NCBI GenBank assembly: GCA_002269645.1
Contig: NIVC01000414.1
Coordinates: 372,001 to 436,000, forward strand
DNA: 64,000 nucleotides
Direction of reading: 5' to 3'
DNA from: Macrostomum lignano
Lineage: Eukaryota
Shown here: positions 38,305-51,905 of the stretch, piece after piece
Numbering within the stretch: position 1 is the first letter of the stretch
Layout of the letters: each line of letters starts with the position of its first letter
Notes under the pieces: model-generated
Told to the model about the DNA's origin: nothing
What the model saw: the letters and a program-made list of their open reading frames with translations, nothing else
Database searches by the model: none
Translations under genes and position numbers: made by a program

Positions 38305-38871
38305 GACTGCAAGCTCAGTCCGTCAGTCGCAGGTGTCTCAGCTCAGCCCGAGAGTCCGGCAGGGCAGCGGCCGCCTCTGCAGCAGATTTTATTGGCCCTG
38401 GAGCAGCTGCAGCGAATTCCTTCTCACCGTGCCTGCTCAGATTGCGGCTGCTTTTGCTGTCTTTGCTTGCTGGACTCCAATTGGCTCTGGGAGAACAGCA
38501 GAACTGCTGCAATACCAGTGCGTGGCTACTTGAATTAGTAGTGCATTGAGCAGCCCCGATTCCAATTAGGGAGTCAAATTAAACAAGTACTTAGTGGACG
38601 GTATTGATACATTGGAGAAATTTTGCATAATTTTAGAGGCTATAAACTGCAGGTGGCTATTGGAAGCATTTCGGTAATGTATTCGGTTTGAAGCATTTCA
38701 AATTCTTGTGTGAAAGCTCGAACGCTGCTATTAAAGAAAGAAGTGAATGAACACATATGCAACCATGGCGATAAATGTAAATTGGTGCATTGTCGGGTAT
38801 ATTTATGTTTATAAAAGCCACTGACTGTTACAGAAAAGAACAGCAACCGCACAGGGCGTAAAAAAGGAGCA

Positions 38872-39275
38872 GCACAATGGCATGCAAAAGCAACACAATG
38901 GCATGTAAACGCAGCACAATGGCATGCAAAAGCAGCACAATGGCATGCAAAAGCAGCACAATGGCATGCAAAAGCAGCACAATGGCATGCAAAAGCAGCA
39001 CAATGGCATGCAAAAGCAGCACAATGGCATGCAAAAGCAGCACAATGGCATGCAAAAGCAGCACAATGGCATGCAAAAGCAGCACAATGGCATGCAAAAG
39101 CAGCACAATGGCATGCAAAAGCAGCACAATGGCATGCAAAAGCAGCACAATGGCATGCAAAAGCAGCACAATGGCATGCAAAAGCAGCACAATGGCATGC
39201 AAAAGCAGCACAATGGCATGCAAAAGCAGCACAATGGCATGCAAAAGCAGCACAATGGCATGCAAAAGCAGCACA
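38872..39275. repeat. 21-bp minisatellite (GCACAATGGCATGCAAAAGCA), about 19 copies
   Basis: 21-nt period; only about 1.5 units at the paralogous site near 62740. Confidence 0.95.
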
Positions 39276-39559
39276 GACCGGCAAATGCGCGCAGACCAGC
39301 ATGCAACAGGACTTCATTGAGCCAAGCAGACTTTGAGCAAATGCAGGCAGCAGGAGAGTCAGAGCAGTGCGAGTTGGGAGTTCGCTCTGAAGCCGAGCAG
39401 AACCACGTGACTTTAGATTTGCAATTATAAAGTACATGATGCACATTGCAGCAATAGTGATTGGATGCAAAGGGGTAAACAATTTTGACTAATGGGAGCC
39501 ACTGATAGCTGAGTGCTTGGGTAAGGCAATCAGTTACCTCACTGCCTCACTGCCTCATT

Positions 39560-39985
39560 AAGGTGCCTGAGGCAATGAGGTGCCTGAGGCAGTGAGGCAG
39601 TGAGGTGACTGGGGCAGTGAGGTGCCTGAGGCACTGGGGCAGTGAGGTGCCTGGGGCAGTGAGGTGCCTGAGGCAGTGAGGTGCCTGAGGCCGTGAGGCA
39701 GTGAGGTGCCTGGGGCAGTGAGATGACTGGGGCAGTGAGGTGACTGGGGCAGTGAGGTGACTGGGGCAGTGAGGTGACTGGGGCAGTGAGGTGCCTGAGG
39801 CAGTGAGGTGAGTGGGGCAGTGAGGTGCCTGAGGCAGTGAGGTGACTGAGGCAGTGAGGTGCCTGAGGCCGTGAGGCAGTGAGATGCCTGAGGCAGTGAG
39901 GTTTCTGAGGCAGTGAGGTGCCTGAGGCAGTGAGGCAGTGAGGTGTCTGAGGCAGTGAGGTGCCTGAGGCAGTGAGGTTCCTGAG
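39560..39985. repeat. 17-bp minisatellite (GAGGTGCCTGAGGCAGT)
   Basis: 17-nt period; short homologue at 63536-63580. Confidence 0.92.
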
Positions 39986-40449
39986 GGCATGCAATGGCGG
40001 GTACAGCACGCCTGTGTAGCATGAGACAGACTAGGCCTACGAGCTAAGGTCTGCGATCCTACACACCTGCACCCCTCTATTCTGGTGCAGGAATGGCATG
40101 GGAACTCTCTCCAAGCTGACTCGCAAGCCGACCCAGGGGTTCGCGCCCCGCATGTGTTCAAGGCAGCCCTAGGGCTGCTGGACTGACTGGGCTCCGGCGG
40201 CGGCAACCCATCCGAGGCCTTTTGGCCAAGTTGGGTACGGGCTCCGCCCGGAAGTGCACCTGTGCGTATCAGGTACCTCTGGCCACGGTTCTGAGGAACA
40301 GGTACCACCCTCTGACCTTAACAGGGTATGCGGCCAGTACGCAGGCTCCGGAGGCAGTCCTCCTGCTTCCCTCAAGGGCCCAGTGTAGTACCGTGCTGAT
40401 GGTCCTTTGGTTCGGCCTCTGGTTTCTCCAAGCCGGGCTCTTAGCCGGG

Positions 40450-43400
40450 GAGTTTCTCGGTTGCTAGCGGTCGGGCCGGTACGGGCTTAAGCCACCCCCG
40501 GTCGCTACCTCTTGGCCTGGCTGTTGGGTTTGGGGTTACGGCCCAGCGGCTTCTCACCTCTTGTCCCCACTCGCCTTTCAGCGACTCATGGAGTATTCAT
40601 TTACACCTAACACGTCCGAGGCTGCTGGAGCACCAACCGAGATTGGCACCGCGGCTCAGCCGGACATTCGCAACACCGGAACCCCCGGTGCCTCTCAATC
40701 TGCCGCTGCCGCCGCTCAGGATAATACCGGAGTGGCTGGACAAGACAGCGGACCTCAGATTTCGAAAAAGAAGGCCCGTAGCATTGCTCACTACAAAGCC
40801 TTTCTCCAGCGCAAAGCAGAGGAACGAAGGAATGTGAAAGCCGCCCCTCCGGCCACCTCTGAGGAGGGTGCCGGTAACTCTGCGAACCCCGCGGAGGAGC
40901 CGACATCCGACTAGGGGGTGGACCCCGCGCGCCGGTCTGATGCGTCAGGTGCCGCCGAATCTCCTGGTGCGGCTGGCCCCTCCCGTGACCGGACCTCTGC
41001 CCGTGTGGAAGCTCCCACGGCTGTGGAGGGATCCAAAGCGGGGGGCGCTGGCCAAACCACAAAGCCGAAGTGAACCTACGCGGCTATGGCCAAGAGGCAG
41101 CCGGCCCTGGTTATCCAAGGCCAGGAGACGCCTCTTACGGCCGAACAGCTCAACCTTATCTGGCGCAGGTTGGACTCCCACCTGGTCAAGATGGTCTTGA
41201 GCGGCACCACCATTCCAGTCCAAAAGACGAAAGTCGAGGACCAAGCCCTCTATATCCAGCCCGCCGACAGTCAGTCAGGACAGCAGCTCTTCGAGCTGCT
41301 GAAAACTTTCGACTGGGGTACGGAGCTGGAGAACCTGTTCATCTACAGGGAGGACGAGCGACCCCGGACACACCGGCACCGTGCCTGGATCCCGGCTCGC
41401 AGCTGCATCACCAAGGCCGACGAGCTGCGTCACCTGCTAGTGGCTTCCAACCCGGAGCTACCGGCCAACGGTGTCGTAGTTCACGAGACCATCTCCAAGC
41501 CGGGCGGAGACGGTTTCACGGCTATTCTTGGACTGTCGGATAGCTGGATGCTCCGCTACCCGGACATGTCCATCATCTCTGTCGGGCTGTTGCAGATTCA
41601 GCTCTTTAGCTTCGAGTCTGACGCCACTCGCCCACCGCCCCCGGAGAAGCGTAAGCGGGCAGTCGGGGGGCTCTGCCGGGCGGAAACGCCCAGGAAAGAA
41701 GCTCCCGGCCGTCACGACCCCTCCGAGGACGTGGACCCTGTCAGAGGGAAAGCCGCGAAAGCTGCAGCAACAGGCGGACGTGGAAAGGGCCGGAAACCCG
41801 CCCGGAACACTATCCGCTCTGGTCTGACTCAGCGCGTAAAGCAGCTGCTGGACACCGTTAAGGCCCCCAACCGCAGCCACCCCCAGCCCAGTGTCACCAC
41901 TGTGGCTCCCCCGGAAAACCGGGCCGAGAGCGAGAATGCCGCCCAGGTAGCGACATCGCCCTCGACCATGGAATCCATCCGGGAGGAGCCCATGGAGCTG
42001 GAGCCTGAAGCTATCGGCGAGGCAGAAGAGGCAGCTCTCCTGCACAACTCGCCTTGAGCCGGCAGGAAGCTGCGCGGACCACTCGTGGAATCCCCGGAGT
42101 GGACATCCTGCAGCTAAACCTGCACCACTGCATCGCGGCCTCGACCAACCTGATGCGGGTGGCAAACTTTGCGAAACCGGGCATCATCCTACTCCAGAAG
42201 CCCTGGACAAAGAAAGGTAAGATTCCGAATATTCCTGCTGGTTTTGACTGTTTTCAGGACCCTCAAAACCCCAGAGCAGCCATGTTCGTGTCTACCCATC
42301 TCAAAGCTTGGCACAGACCGGACATCTCTGACAGAGATCTCTGTGTCATTCAGTCCAACCACATTATCACCAACCGCACGGTCATAAATCGCCTCGATTT
42401 ATATCCCTGGCGATGGCCCCGCGGTTCCACCCAACCTCACCTCCCTCGTGGACTACTGCTCTAATCGTAGGTTCGAGCTGCTGGTGGCGGGCGACATCAA
42501 CGCTCACCACACCCACTGGGGCAGTAATTCTTCCAATAGCAGAGGCGAGGAACTCCTTGCTTACATCTGCACCACCAACACTGAGTTTTGCAACATTGGT
42601 GGAACCCCCACCATTGACAACGGGCGATGGACGGAGGCCCTCGACGTTACCCTCGTCTCCCATGGCCTGGCTCCTTTAGTCAAGGACTGGGAGGTTTGGG
42701 ACGAAGAGGAGTCTCTGTCTGACCATCGCTTCGTTCGTTTTCGATTGCAAACCTCTTGCCCCAAGCCTCACATTCTGTGGAAAAGGAACGTCCGGAACAC
42801 TGACTGGACGGCTTTAACGGAAACCCTGAAATGCCAGACAGATCAGCTGACTACCATCGCTCCAACCACCTGTTAGGAAGTGGATGACCTTGCAGACTTG
42901 CTCAGCAAGACCGTCCTGACAGCCCATGAGGCTTCCTGTCCTCTTAAAGCCTACAAAGGCAAAAAATCCGCCCCTGGTGGCACCCGGCGCTCGGATCCCT
43001 CCGGCGCAAGGCAAAGTGCCTCCAACGGAAAGCTCGCAAGAGCAAGGACCCAGCTGACCTGGCCGCCTATCAAGAAGCGATCCGCGACTTTAAGCGTGAA
43101 ACCAGGAAAGCCAAGTCTGACAAATGGCCCAATACTGCGCGGAGTTAGAAGGCACCCGCCCTACTTCATGCGTGGTTAAGGCTCTCACCCTCGACAAAAT
43201 GTCAAAGCTCTCAGTTATTAAAAGACCGGACGGCCGGCTCGCTGAGAACCCTGGGGAATCGCTGGACATTATGCTCACCAGCTCTTTCCCACGTGCCGCA
43301 CCGCAGCTAGGCCCACCGGACCACTCTCCGGGCGGACAGATCCTGGCTTCGACCATCATTACTAGAGAGAGGACGGCTCGCGCCGCAAAATCCTTCTCTC

Positions 43401-45630
43401 CTTTCAAGTCCCCGGGTCCTGACAACATTTATCCTGCCTTCCTTCATGAGGCAGTTAAAAATGGCAGGTATCTCGGCCTCCTCTGCAACCTCTTCAAGGC
43501 CAGCATTACCCTCGGGTATGTGCCAAAAGCCTGGCAAGAGGCTACGGTTGTCTTCATACCCAAGCCAGGAAAGGGAGACTATCACTCCGCCAAAGCTTAC
43601 CGCCCTATCAGTCTGACGTCCTTCTTCCTCAAACTGATGGAACGGCTGGTGCTCTGGCGCCTTCTCCTCGTTGAGCTGAGAAACTCCCCGCTCTCCCCTA
43701 ATCAGCACGCCTTTCGTCCTGGACGTTCCATCGAAAGTGCGCTGCACGCCATTGTCGACAAGCTGGAGCGCGCCGTGCTTGGCAGTGGATACGCGCTGTC
43801 GCTTTTCCTCGACATTGATGGTGCTTTTAACAATGTGCTCTTTGAAGCCTTTAAGCGAGCCCTGGAATCCCGGGGCACGCACGAGCACCTCACCCGCTGG
43901 ATCATGTACATGGTCTCCCATCGTACTGCCACCTCGCACCTCCTGGGACACTCACGCTCCGTGGAAGTCCAGAAAGGCGGACCGCAAGGTGGAGTCCTCA
44001 GCCCGATCCTCTGGAACTTAGTCATGGACGAGCTGCTTTGCAGCCCGCATCCGGACCCTGTTCAGAAGGTCGGCTACGCGGACGATGTTACCGCCACTGT
44101 GGCTGGACCATCGCCCGCGGTCCTCAGGGACCTCCTTCAAGCCTTCATTCACCGTGCCGAGCGCCAGGCACATAGCTGCGGCCTCAGGTTCTCTGAGTCT
44201 AAAACCGTGGCTGTCATGTTCACCAGCCGCCGAAACTGGAGGATCGAACCGCTCTCCCTCTACGGCAAACCTGTTGCCATGGAGAAACAAACTAGATGTC
44301 TGGGCGTCACCCTCGACCACAGGTTGAGCTGGACCCCGCACGTCCAAACTAAAGCCCGCAAAGCTCTCGCGACTCTCGCGCAGATCCGCAGAGCTTTCGG
44401 TGCTACCTGGGGCCTCACCCCCCGCCGCCTCTGGTGGATTTACACTGCCATTGTTAGACCGGCCATCTCCTTCGCCAGCTTCATTTGGAACAGTGCCCTA
44501 GAGGTGAAAGGGGTTCTTGAGGTTTTAAATAGGGTGCAAGGCCGCGCTTGTCGAGCTATCATGAGCGCGGCTCCCTCTACGCCCTTCGCTGGCATGAGCT
44601 CCTTCTTGGACATTCCCCCCCCCCTCGACCTCTTTGTTAGAGGGGAGGCAATGAAAACCACCCGTCGTCTGCTTGACGCGGGTGTCCAAATCCAGAAACA
44701 GTTTGCCTTCAGAAAGCGGAACCTCCGGCCGCATGGTGACCTCAGCCTGCGAGACCTGGAAGCAGCGAGAGGCCTGCTGACCCTCTCGGACGGAATCCCG
44801 TCCACGCTCTGCCCCCCGCTCAAATTCAAAACCAGCATTCCACCACGCCATGAAGTGAGAGACAACTGGAAACCCCATGAAATCCACTGCTTCACTGACG
44901 GGTCCCAAATCAACTCCGCCTCTGGATACGGCTACTGCATCGTGTCTGGAGGGAGAACTGTGGCGACCTTCTCCCAACACCTGCTCCACCGTCTTCCAGA
45001 ACGAAGTTCTAGCCATCAGCTCCTGCGCCATGGAGCTGTACAATCAGCACGTCTGGGGGAAGGAAATTACCCTCCACTCGGACAGTCAAGCGGCGATTCA
45101 CGCCCTTGAGCGCACCACCACCTGCTCGCGTACAGTCCTCGACTGCATCGGGCAGCTCAACCGCATAGGTGCCTCTAACAAAGTGTCCCTAAGGTGGATC
45201 CCCGGGCATTCGGCAACGAGCTGGCCGATCGCCTGGCCAAGGCTGGCTCGACCGGTTCTTTTACTGGTCCTCTGCCCGTGGCCCCCACCCCCACCGCCGT
45301 TGTCACCACTCGGATCAACCAGTGGGTGGCTTCAAAGCACAGGGAGAGTGGGCTAACGCCCCCGACTGCCGGCAATCCCGCGCGGCTGTCCCCTGTCCTT
45401 CCTCCACCCTCCGCAAGGCCCTGCTTGGACTCAACCGCAGAGACATCAGGGCGGTGACCATGGCCCTCTCGGGTCATGGCTGTTTTGCCAGGCATCGCCA
45501 CCTCCAGGGAAAATCCGCGGTGAGGAATGGCCCTTCTGCCTCTCCGGTGTCGAGAATGCGGAGCACTTCATCTGTGAATGCCCCGCCTTTACTCAGGTCA
45601 GGCTCACCTAACTCGGCCCAAACCCGTGTG
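40450..45630 (+). mobile_element. Near-full-length LOA/Lian-like non-LTR retrotransposon (ORF1; ORF2 with APE, RT, RNase H, Cys/His), disrupted
   Basis: ORF1 41086-42057 (RAWIP...LLVASNPEL, DUF4780-like). APE: LQLNLHH, LLQKPW, GDINAHH..WGS, SDH. RT: YRPISLTS, FLDIDGAF, PQGGVLSP.LW, GYADD. RNase H: FTDGS, HSDSQAA, WIPGH, LADRLAK. C-terminal HFICECP. Several frameshifts and a TAG at 42874. Ends are approximate. Confidence 0.88.
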
Positions 45631-47064
45631 ATAAATACAATATGAATATTGCATGCACGATAAGCAATATTTAGGCCCTAGACAAACCTATTTTTGGAGC
45701 GTCAGAGATTTTAAAGCTATTGGCCCTAATTGCCTATCGCCGGTCGGCGAGTCCTACCAGTCTTTCTCCAATAGTCACAGTACGGTACAAGAAAAGGAAG
45801 GAACGCAGATGAACACGAACCGAATAGATTTAGAGAGTGATAGCCCTATATGATACAGACTGATAATTGGCTAGACGATTTAATTTGATTACTTCAAGTT
45901 ACAAGCTTCAATGCAATTCGCGGTGCAGATAATTTCGAACTGATAATAGCGGAAAATGATAACGAGACAAACGATTAGTAATAATAACTTAGTTACGCAA
46001 TGGCAAGCAGATCTCAGCTGAAGAAGAAAAACCGAACAGGACCACGGAGAAGACTCCTAACCCCTGGCCTAAGCCAGAACCTACACTCAAACGAGAGCCC
46101 TGCCGAATTGACCGTTCAACGGAGCACTGACTAAATTCTATCAGCACTGCCCTTCAGTGTGACACTGAGGCCCTCTGGTTCGAGGCCGCGTACTTGGTCA
46201 AATCCGACAGTCTCTAACTAGACCGCGCTTAATAGCGACGACTGCAGACAGGAAATTGCCGTATCGTTACGCTACAAGACTGAAGCGGTCGGGCGGGGGA
46301 CAAAAATATGGACCGGGGTGATGAACTCAGGCGCCTCAAAGCGCGAACCAAAGAGGTCGGCAAACGGCCGGGAAGCCGGGACAAAAATCAAAACCGGGGA
46401 ACGAAAGAACAGAGGGGAAAAAACGGAAGAGAAGGGAAGAGAAGTGAGATCTGATTGCCAAACACACTTTCATATACAGTCGGAGTCAAACCCATCACAA
46501 CCCCCCTCAAGCCGGGTGGTGGTCGTCTGGCCGGCCGCTTGCTAAGCTGAATTGCACTGTGCCCGCGGCACCGGGTAGACTTGGATTTTGCCACGTGCCA
46601 GGGTCCAGGCCGGTTCTGATTGGCTGGCCGCGCAAAGCTGGGGTTCGCAGAAAAACTCAACCCTCCGCTGAGTCACAATTGGTGTCTGACTTCTAGCCTG
46701 TTTACGCAAAATAAACTCTAACTAACAAGAAAAAAGTACATTGAAAACGCGTGACTAACTAAAGCAAAATAATAATTCAGGAACAATATAGAAACTAATA
46801 CAATCAATTAAGTTTTCAGGCCCGAGAATCTCTGCCAGCTCGTCCGCTACCTAAGGGCTACCGGGCGAGCGACAATCCACCTCCTGGACTCTTCGGAGGG
46901 GGACCGCGCTGCGGACACCGGCGCCACCGGAACTCCCTGCGCGACACCGCAGCACTAGCTGCCCGTGGTCGCCAGGGGTTAGCGAAATGGGCGGCAACGC
47001 CTCCTCGCTGTTTCCGGACGCACGGAACCCCCTGCAGCTAAGTAAAAAAAGTAAGAACAGCGGA

Positions 47065-47330
47065 GATAGGGAAGGGAGGACAGGGGAGATAGGGAAGGGA
47101 GGACAGGGGAGATAGGGAAGGGAGGACAGGGGAGATAGGGAAGGGAGGACAGGGGAGATAGGGAAGGGAGGACAGGGGAGATAGGGAAGGGAGGACAGGG
47201 GAGATAGGGAAGGGAGGACAGGGGAGATAGGGAAGGGAGGACAGGGGAGATAGGGAAGGGAGGAGAGGGGAGATAGGGAAGGGAGGACAGGGGAGATAGG
47301 GAAGGGAGGAGAGGAGAGATGGGATTGGAG
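47065..47330. repeat. 23-bp polypurine minisatellite (GGGGAGATAGGGAAGGGAGGACA)
   Basis: 23-nt period. Confidence 0.93.
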
Positions 47331-48134
47331 GAGAGGGAAGGGAGGAGAGGGGTGAGCTAGGGATTGGAGCTCTCTAAACTCATGAGGCACCCATCAGCTG
47401 GCCAGCGGTTTAATAAGTAAATTTTTAAACTACTCATTTTGTAACTTGCCTCCTGGTTTCTGGCACCGCCAAATTCCAAAATATTCACGACTGTGTGCAA
47501 ATCATGTAACAGTGCCCTCATCTCCCTTCTCATTTTGTCCAACTCGTGAAGTTTCCAGCGCCAGTGAAGTTGCAAAGCGCAATAATTAATTGCACCAATT
47601 TCGCAAGAGAATCCGCAGTCGCACACTGACTGCTTTAAGTAGCCACGCACTGACATTGCAGCAGTTCTGCTGTTCCCCTCTGTACCTGCATGGCCAATGC
47701 GATCAAGTCCCAGCAGTGTCCCTTATCATCGGCTATGACTTCAAGATTGACAGCAAAAAGACACTAGTTGGCAGGTAAGTGCTAAGCCCCCTCTAGTCGG
47801 AAGCCCGATTTCGAAAGTTCCGGTTTGGTGAGCCAAGACGCACGGGCTGGTGGCAGCGGGTAGTTGATCTGCGGATTAGCTGATCTCACCTTCAAAATTC
47901 TCCCTGCTTGTCTCTCGCTGTCCCTCTCTTAGCTATAGGACCTAGACTGCTCGCCACACGATCAAGCTACCATGGGGCTGACCATCTGACAGGAGTGGGG
48001 GGCCAGGACTCTAATTGATTTATTTCTGAGACCTGAGGACCGAAGGCTTCCCGAAAGGGGCCGAAAGGCCGAAACCCATCATATAATTAATTTATAAACT
48101 GAGGCAGCGCTCAGCTTGCACATCGATTACTCTG

Positions 48135-48731
48135 ATTGACTGTACTGACAATGTCTGTACGCTTGTTGTGACTTATCAACACTAGCCTTGGCCTTACTGT
48201 ACTGACAATGTCTGTATCCTTGTTGTGACTTTTCAACACTTGGCCTTACTGTACTGACAATGTCTGTATCCTTGTTGTGACTAATCAACACTTGGCCTTA
48301 CTGTACTGACAATGTCTGTATCCTTGTTGTGACTTATCAACACTTGGCCTTACTGTACTGACAATATGTCTGTATCCTTGTTGTGACTTATCAACACTTG
48401 GCCTTACTGTACTGACAATATGTCTGTATCCTTGTTGTGACTTATCAACACTTGGCCTTACTGTACTGACAATATGTCTGTATCCTTGTTGTGACTTATC
48501 AACACTTGGCCTTACTGTACTGACAATATGTCTGTATCCTTGTTGTGACTTATCAACACTTGGCCTTACTGTACTGACAATATGTCTGTATCCTTGTTGT
48601 GACTTATCAACACTTGGCCTTACTGTACTGACAATATGTCTGTATCCTTGTTGTGACTTATCAACACTTGGCCTTACTGTACTGACAATATGTCTGTATC
48701 CTTGTTGTGACTTTTCAACACTTGGCCTTAC
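48135..48731. repeat. 54/52-bp minisatellite (TCAACACTTGGCCTTACTGTACTGACAATATGTCTGTATCCTTGTTGTGACTTA), about 11 copies
   Basis: Head-to-tail units with no spacers. Confidence 0.95.
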
Positions 48732-49374
48732 TCTCGCACCAACGCGCACCTGCGCCAATTGATTCCTAGTCCTGCGCCCGCAACCCAATTTACTCCCACA
48801 CCGCTCTATTTCATTTAAACCAATGCCTGTACTGCCTATTTGTTAAAATAGACTGGTTCCACCAGACAACTAAAGCTGGCTGCACTTTTCGCAATACTCG
48901 CATTCGCGTCAATCAAACGATGTGACAAAACTGTTTGAACTATTTGCTCTATAATATAGATTACCTTCAAACTGAATAACTGGCATTAAAACTGTGTCAT
49001 AAATCTCAAAGTACAAACAGAAAAGTACAAGTACATGCGCTCGTGTCTGAGCTTCAGCACTGCAATGACGCTTTCAAATCTATAAGTCGAAAAGTTTAGG
49101 AAAATCTAAAATCAGGTGCTGAGGTTCCTCTAGCATCTTTCAGCTTCCTACCGTCTCCGAGGTGCTAAATAAAGTGGTGGCGAAGCATGTTTCCATAAAA
49201 AAAATAAGGACACCCTGGGAATAAAATTTAAAAAATTCTAAAAGTTAAGTTTTGTATAGACTAGAAAAGACATTTTAGTTGCTTTTTTATATTTATGCGT
49301 AGCATGCACATTAGATTTAAAATCTTCAAAAACAGTTGCAGAAACATCTCAGCTTAGCGCTGTGAGTCAGACAT

Positions 49375-49680
49375 ATCCGTCAGGAACTCGTGATCCAGCA
49401 TCTTCTGTGCTGAGCTTCTCCCTGCTGTCCTTGACTGTGCAGCGGCTGTAGAAATCCCTCAGCTCTGTGGACCCGCCGTCCGGCTTGACTTGACTTGATA
49501 AATGCTTTGAGTTCCCCTGAACGGCCTCGCGCCGGAGGCTATCTGGAAGACCGAGCAGCCGAACGCCCAGATGTCCGACTCTCTGCTGTACTGCACGCTG
49601 TCCGACTCTCCCGCTCCGAGCAGCTGTGGTGACATGAAGTTCAGAGTGCCTTTGGGTGACTGAGTGGAGGCTGACATTCC
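49375..49680 (-). pseudogene. Kinase C-lobe pseudogene fragment, paralogous to 54918-55454
   Basis: SPKGTLNFMSPQLLGAGESDSVQYSRESDIWAFGCSVFQIASG, then an internal deletion and ELRDFYSRCT. N-lobe and HRD/DFG motifs are absent. Confidence 0.85.
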
Positions 49681-51423
49681 GTTGTCAAAAATTGAGTCCA
49701 AAGGACCTAGAACGCACTCAGAGAAGTCCGTTGGGTCTGAAAAGCCATTTTTATTTGGTGAAGTTAATTTATTATAAATCGACCAGGAAGACTGCAGTGA
49801 CAAAAAAGCTTAGGGTCTAGAGTACTTTTTTTAAATGTCATTCCTTTACTAAGCCCTATCACGTTCCTTTTTAATATGACGTTCCCTGACGGTCCTACTT
49901 CGGTCCGCTGCGGACTGATGATATAGAAATAGAATATAGGCATAGAAATATACAATAACACTTTCGAAACACTACTTGTAGTAGCAAGTTTAAATATTTC
50001 CTAAGCATTTTGATGGATATATAGCACTGTTCCCAAATGTAAAAATATCCATAGATACACCAAGAAAAGTTCGCTAGCGTTTTGCTGCAGAAGTTGCGTC
50101 AGTTAAATCTTGGGATTCTCTGGCTATCTGTTCAATGATGGCTAAGAACATAAACACAAAGTTATTTTGTATATCATTCGTATTAGCACTATTATGTATT
50201 AGTATGTTATGCATTTTGTGATCGACGGACAGCCGCAGGAAAGTGCAAAAGCCTTTGCATCTGCTGGTCAGAACCTCCAAAACAAGTGCTTCAAGTTCCT
50301 ATCTATCCATCACTCTCCTTCTGTCTCTCCACCGCTCTCCCCATCTCTCCCCACTTCATCTATCTTAGTCAAAAAGTAATGGGCCAAAACTAGCTGGTGC
50401 CTGTGCCACTTTCAGATTGAAATGATTTCTTGCCTTGCCCGGTTGCATATTGCCCCGTCATTTCATTATTGCTTCTGGCTGTGGAATTCGAAACATTTTC
50501 CAAGAGCAGTCTAAAAGTCAAATGATTAAGCTGCATCTTTATACTTGTAATATATATATAACCAATAACTGATGAGATTCCTGTCCTGCGCATTCCCATA
50601 GAATGGGAATAGAGGTTTATTTATTCACAGATGCTACTATAAGTAGAGCAACTCAAACACTTGCTGTAAAAGTAAAACTGGGAATCATGTTACTATTCAA
50701 AGGATTAAATTCTTCAAATTTGACCATTTCACCTCATCAAATTAAACCGGAATAAACCAAAGTGTCCCAGACGACCACCATCCGTCCTAAAGATGCTGAA
50801 TACGAGAGTTCATCAATCAATCAATCAGACCACTATTGATCGAGCAATCAACCAGTCAGTTTCCTGCAGCTCAGCAGCAATGCATCAAAAATTGCATGAA
50901 ACTAAGAAAGGCACTATACTCAAGACGGATTTTCGAGTCCAAAATTTTCAATCACATTTTACATACAAAGTCACCACGTTGAAAGCGCAATGCTTGGGCG
51001 CATTGAAGGGGCAGCATTAGTGGGAACGCTGGTTTAGGCCATTTCTATGCATTTTACTGTGTCTGGTTTTGTTCATTGGTATGCGTTGGCTGGGTGTCTG
51101 AGGCCTGGATTCCTGAGAATGTGAAGTTCATCATGCCAACCAAATAGGCGCTTACCGGTGCAGTGCCAATTAGTTATCAGCGCATCTGAGAATTCGTCAC
51201 TCACTAACCTACTAGCAATCAATCAGTTAATAATTCATTATATTAATTTTTTAATAACTCAATAAACTCACAAGAGTCAGCTTTCCAGCCGACATAATTA
51301 AATAACTAATTCAAATTAAAAACTGACATGAGCACCAGATCAGAGCAGTTAACAACTGTGCAATTCGGTCTGTTTAAACAAAACTAACTGCCAAATATTT
51401 AAATTCATGCAATTAATTCATTA

Positions 51424-51905
51424 TCAAGTGTAGATTGGGTGATCAATCGCTGTTAGCGGCGCCGGGGGGCTTGCACCGCCCATGTACTCCATCGTCTGGA
51501 ACTCAAGTGAGTAGTCGTAGCTCGATGGTGAACCTGCGGCTGTAGAGTGAAACCGGTGCAGCCCGAAAATGATTGCCAGCGCCTTTTTGTCGAGCTGCGT
51601 TGAGGCTGCGGCTGGCGAAGGCCACAGCGCCGTCCTGGTTGCCGATTCGGAGGGACTGCACCACACCGACACCGTACGATATGAGCACTTGAACGGCGTC
51701 AAGATCACCGAGCTGGGAGTCCAGAGTCCTTTGGAAAATTGCGGTAGCGCACTTGATGCCGAATGACATGCGGTTGAACTGTAAGAGCCCCTCGGAGTGT
51801 TTATGGTGACGAATTCAATGCTGTCGGCGTCCAGCAGTAGCTGCACTAAGGCGCTGGACAAGTCGAGCTGAGTCCACTTGCAGCCCCCTGCCCAGCTTTG
51901 CAAAC
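51424..51905 (-). mobile_element. Degenerate Ty3/Gypsy RT and RNase H fragment
   Basis: QLDLSSA..QL.L....FVTINTPRG, RMSFGIKCATAIFQR, SYGVG...AFASRSL...KKALAIIFGLHRFH. Confidence 0.8.

Noticed and set aside
46040-46720. Possible LTR or promoter-like segment on the minus strand (CCAAT, TATA-like, pyrimidine tract)
   Set aside because: No second copy, terminal dinucleotides, primer-binding site or linked ORF could be established.
48033-48080. CTGAGGA...GAAAC as a hammerhead ribozyme
   Set aside because: The bases closing stem II are C and C, and there is no stem III or NUH site pairing.
48135-48731. 54-bp repeats as a possible CRISPR array
   Set aside because: Units are head-to-tail with no unique spacers, there are no cas genes, and the context is eukaryotic.
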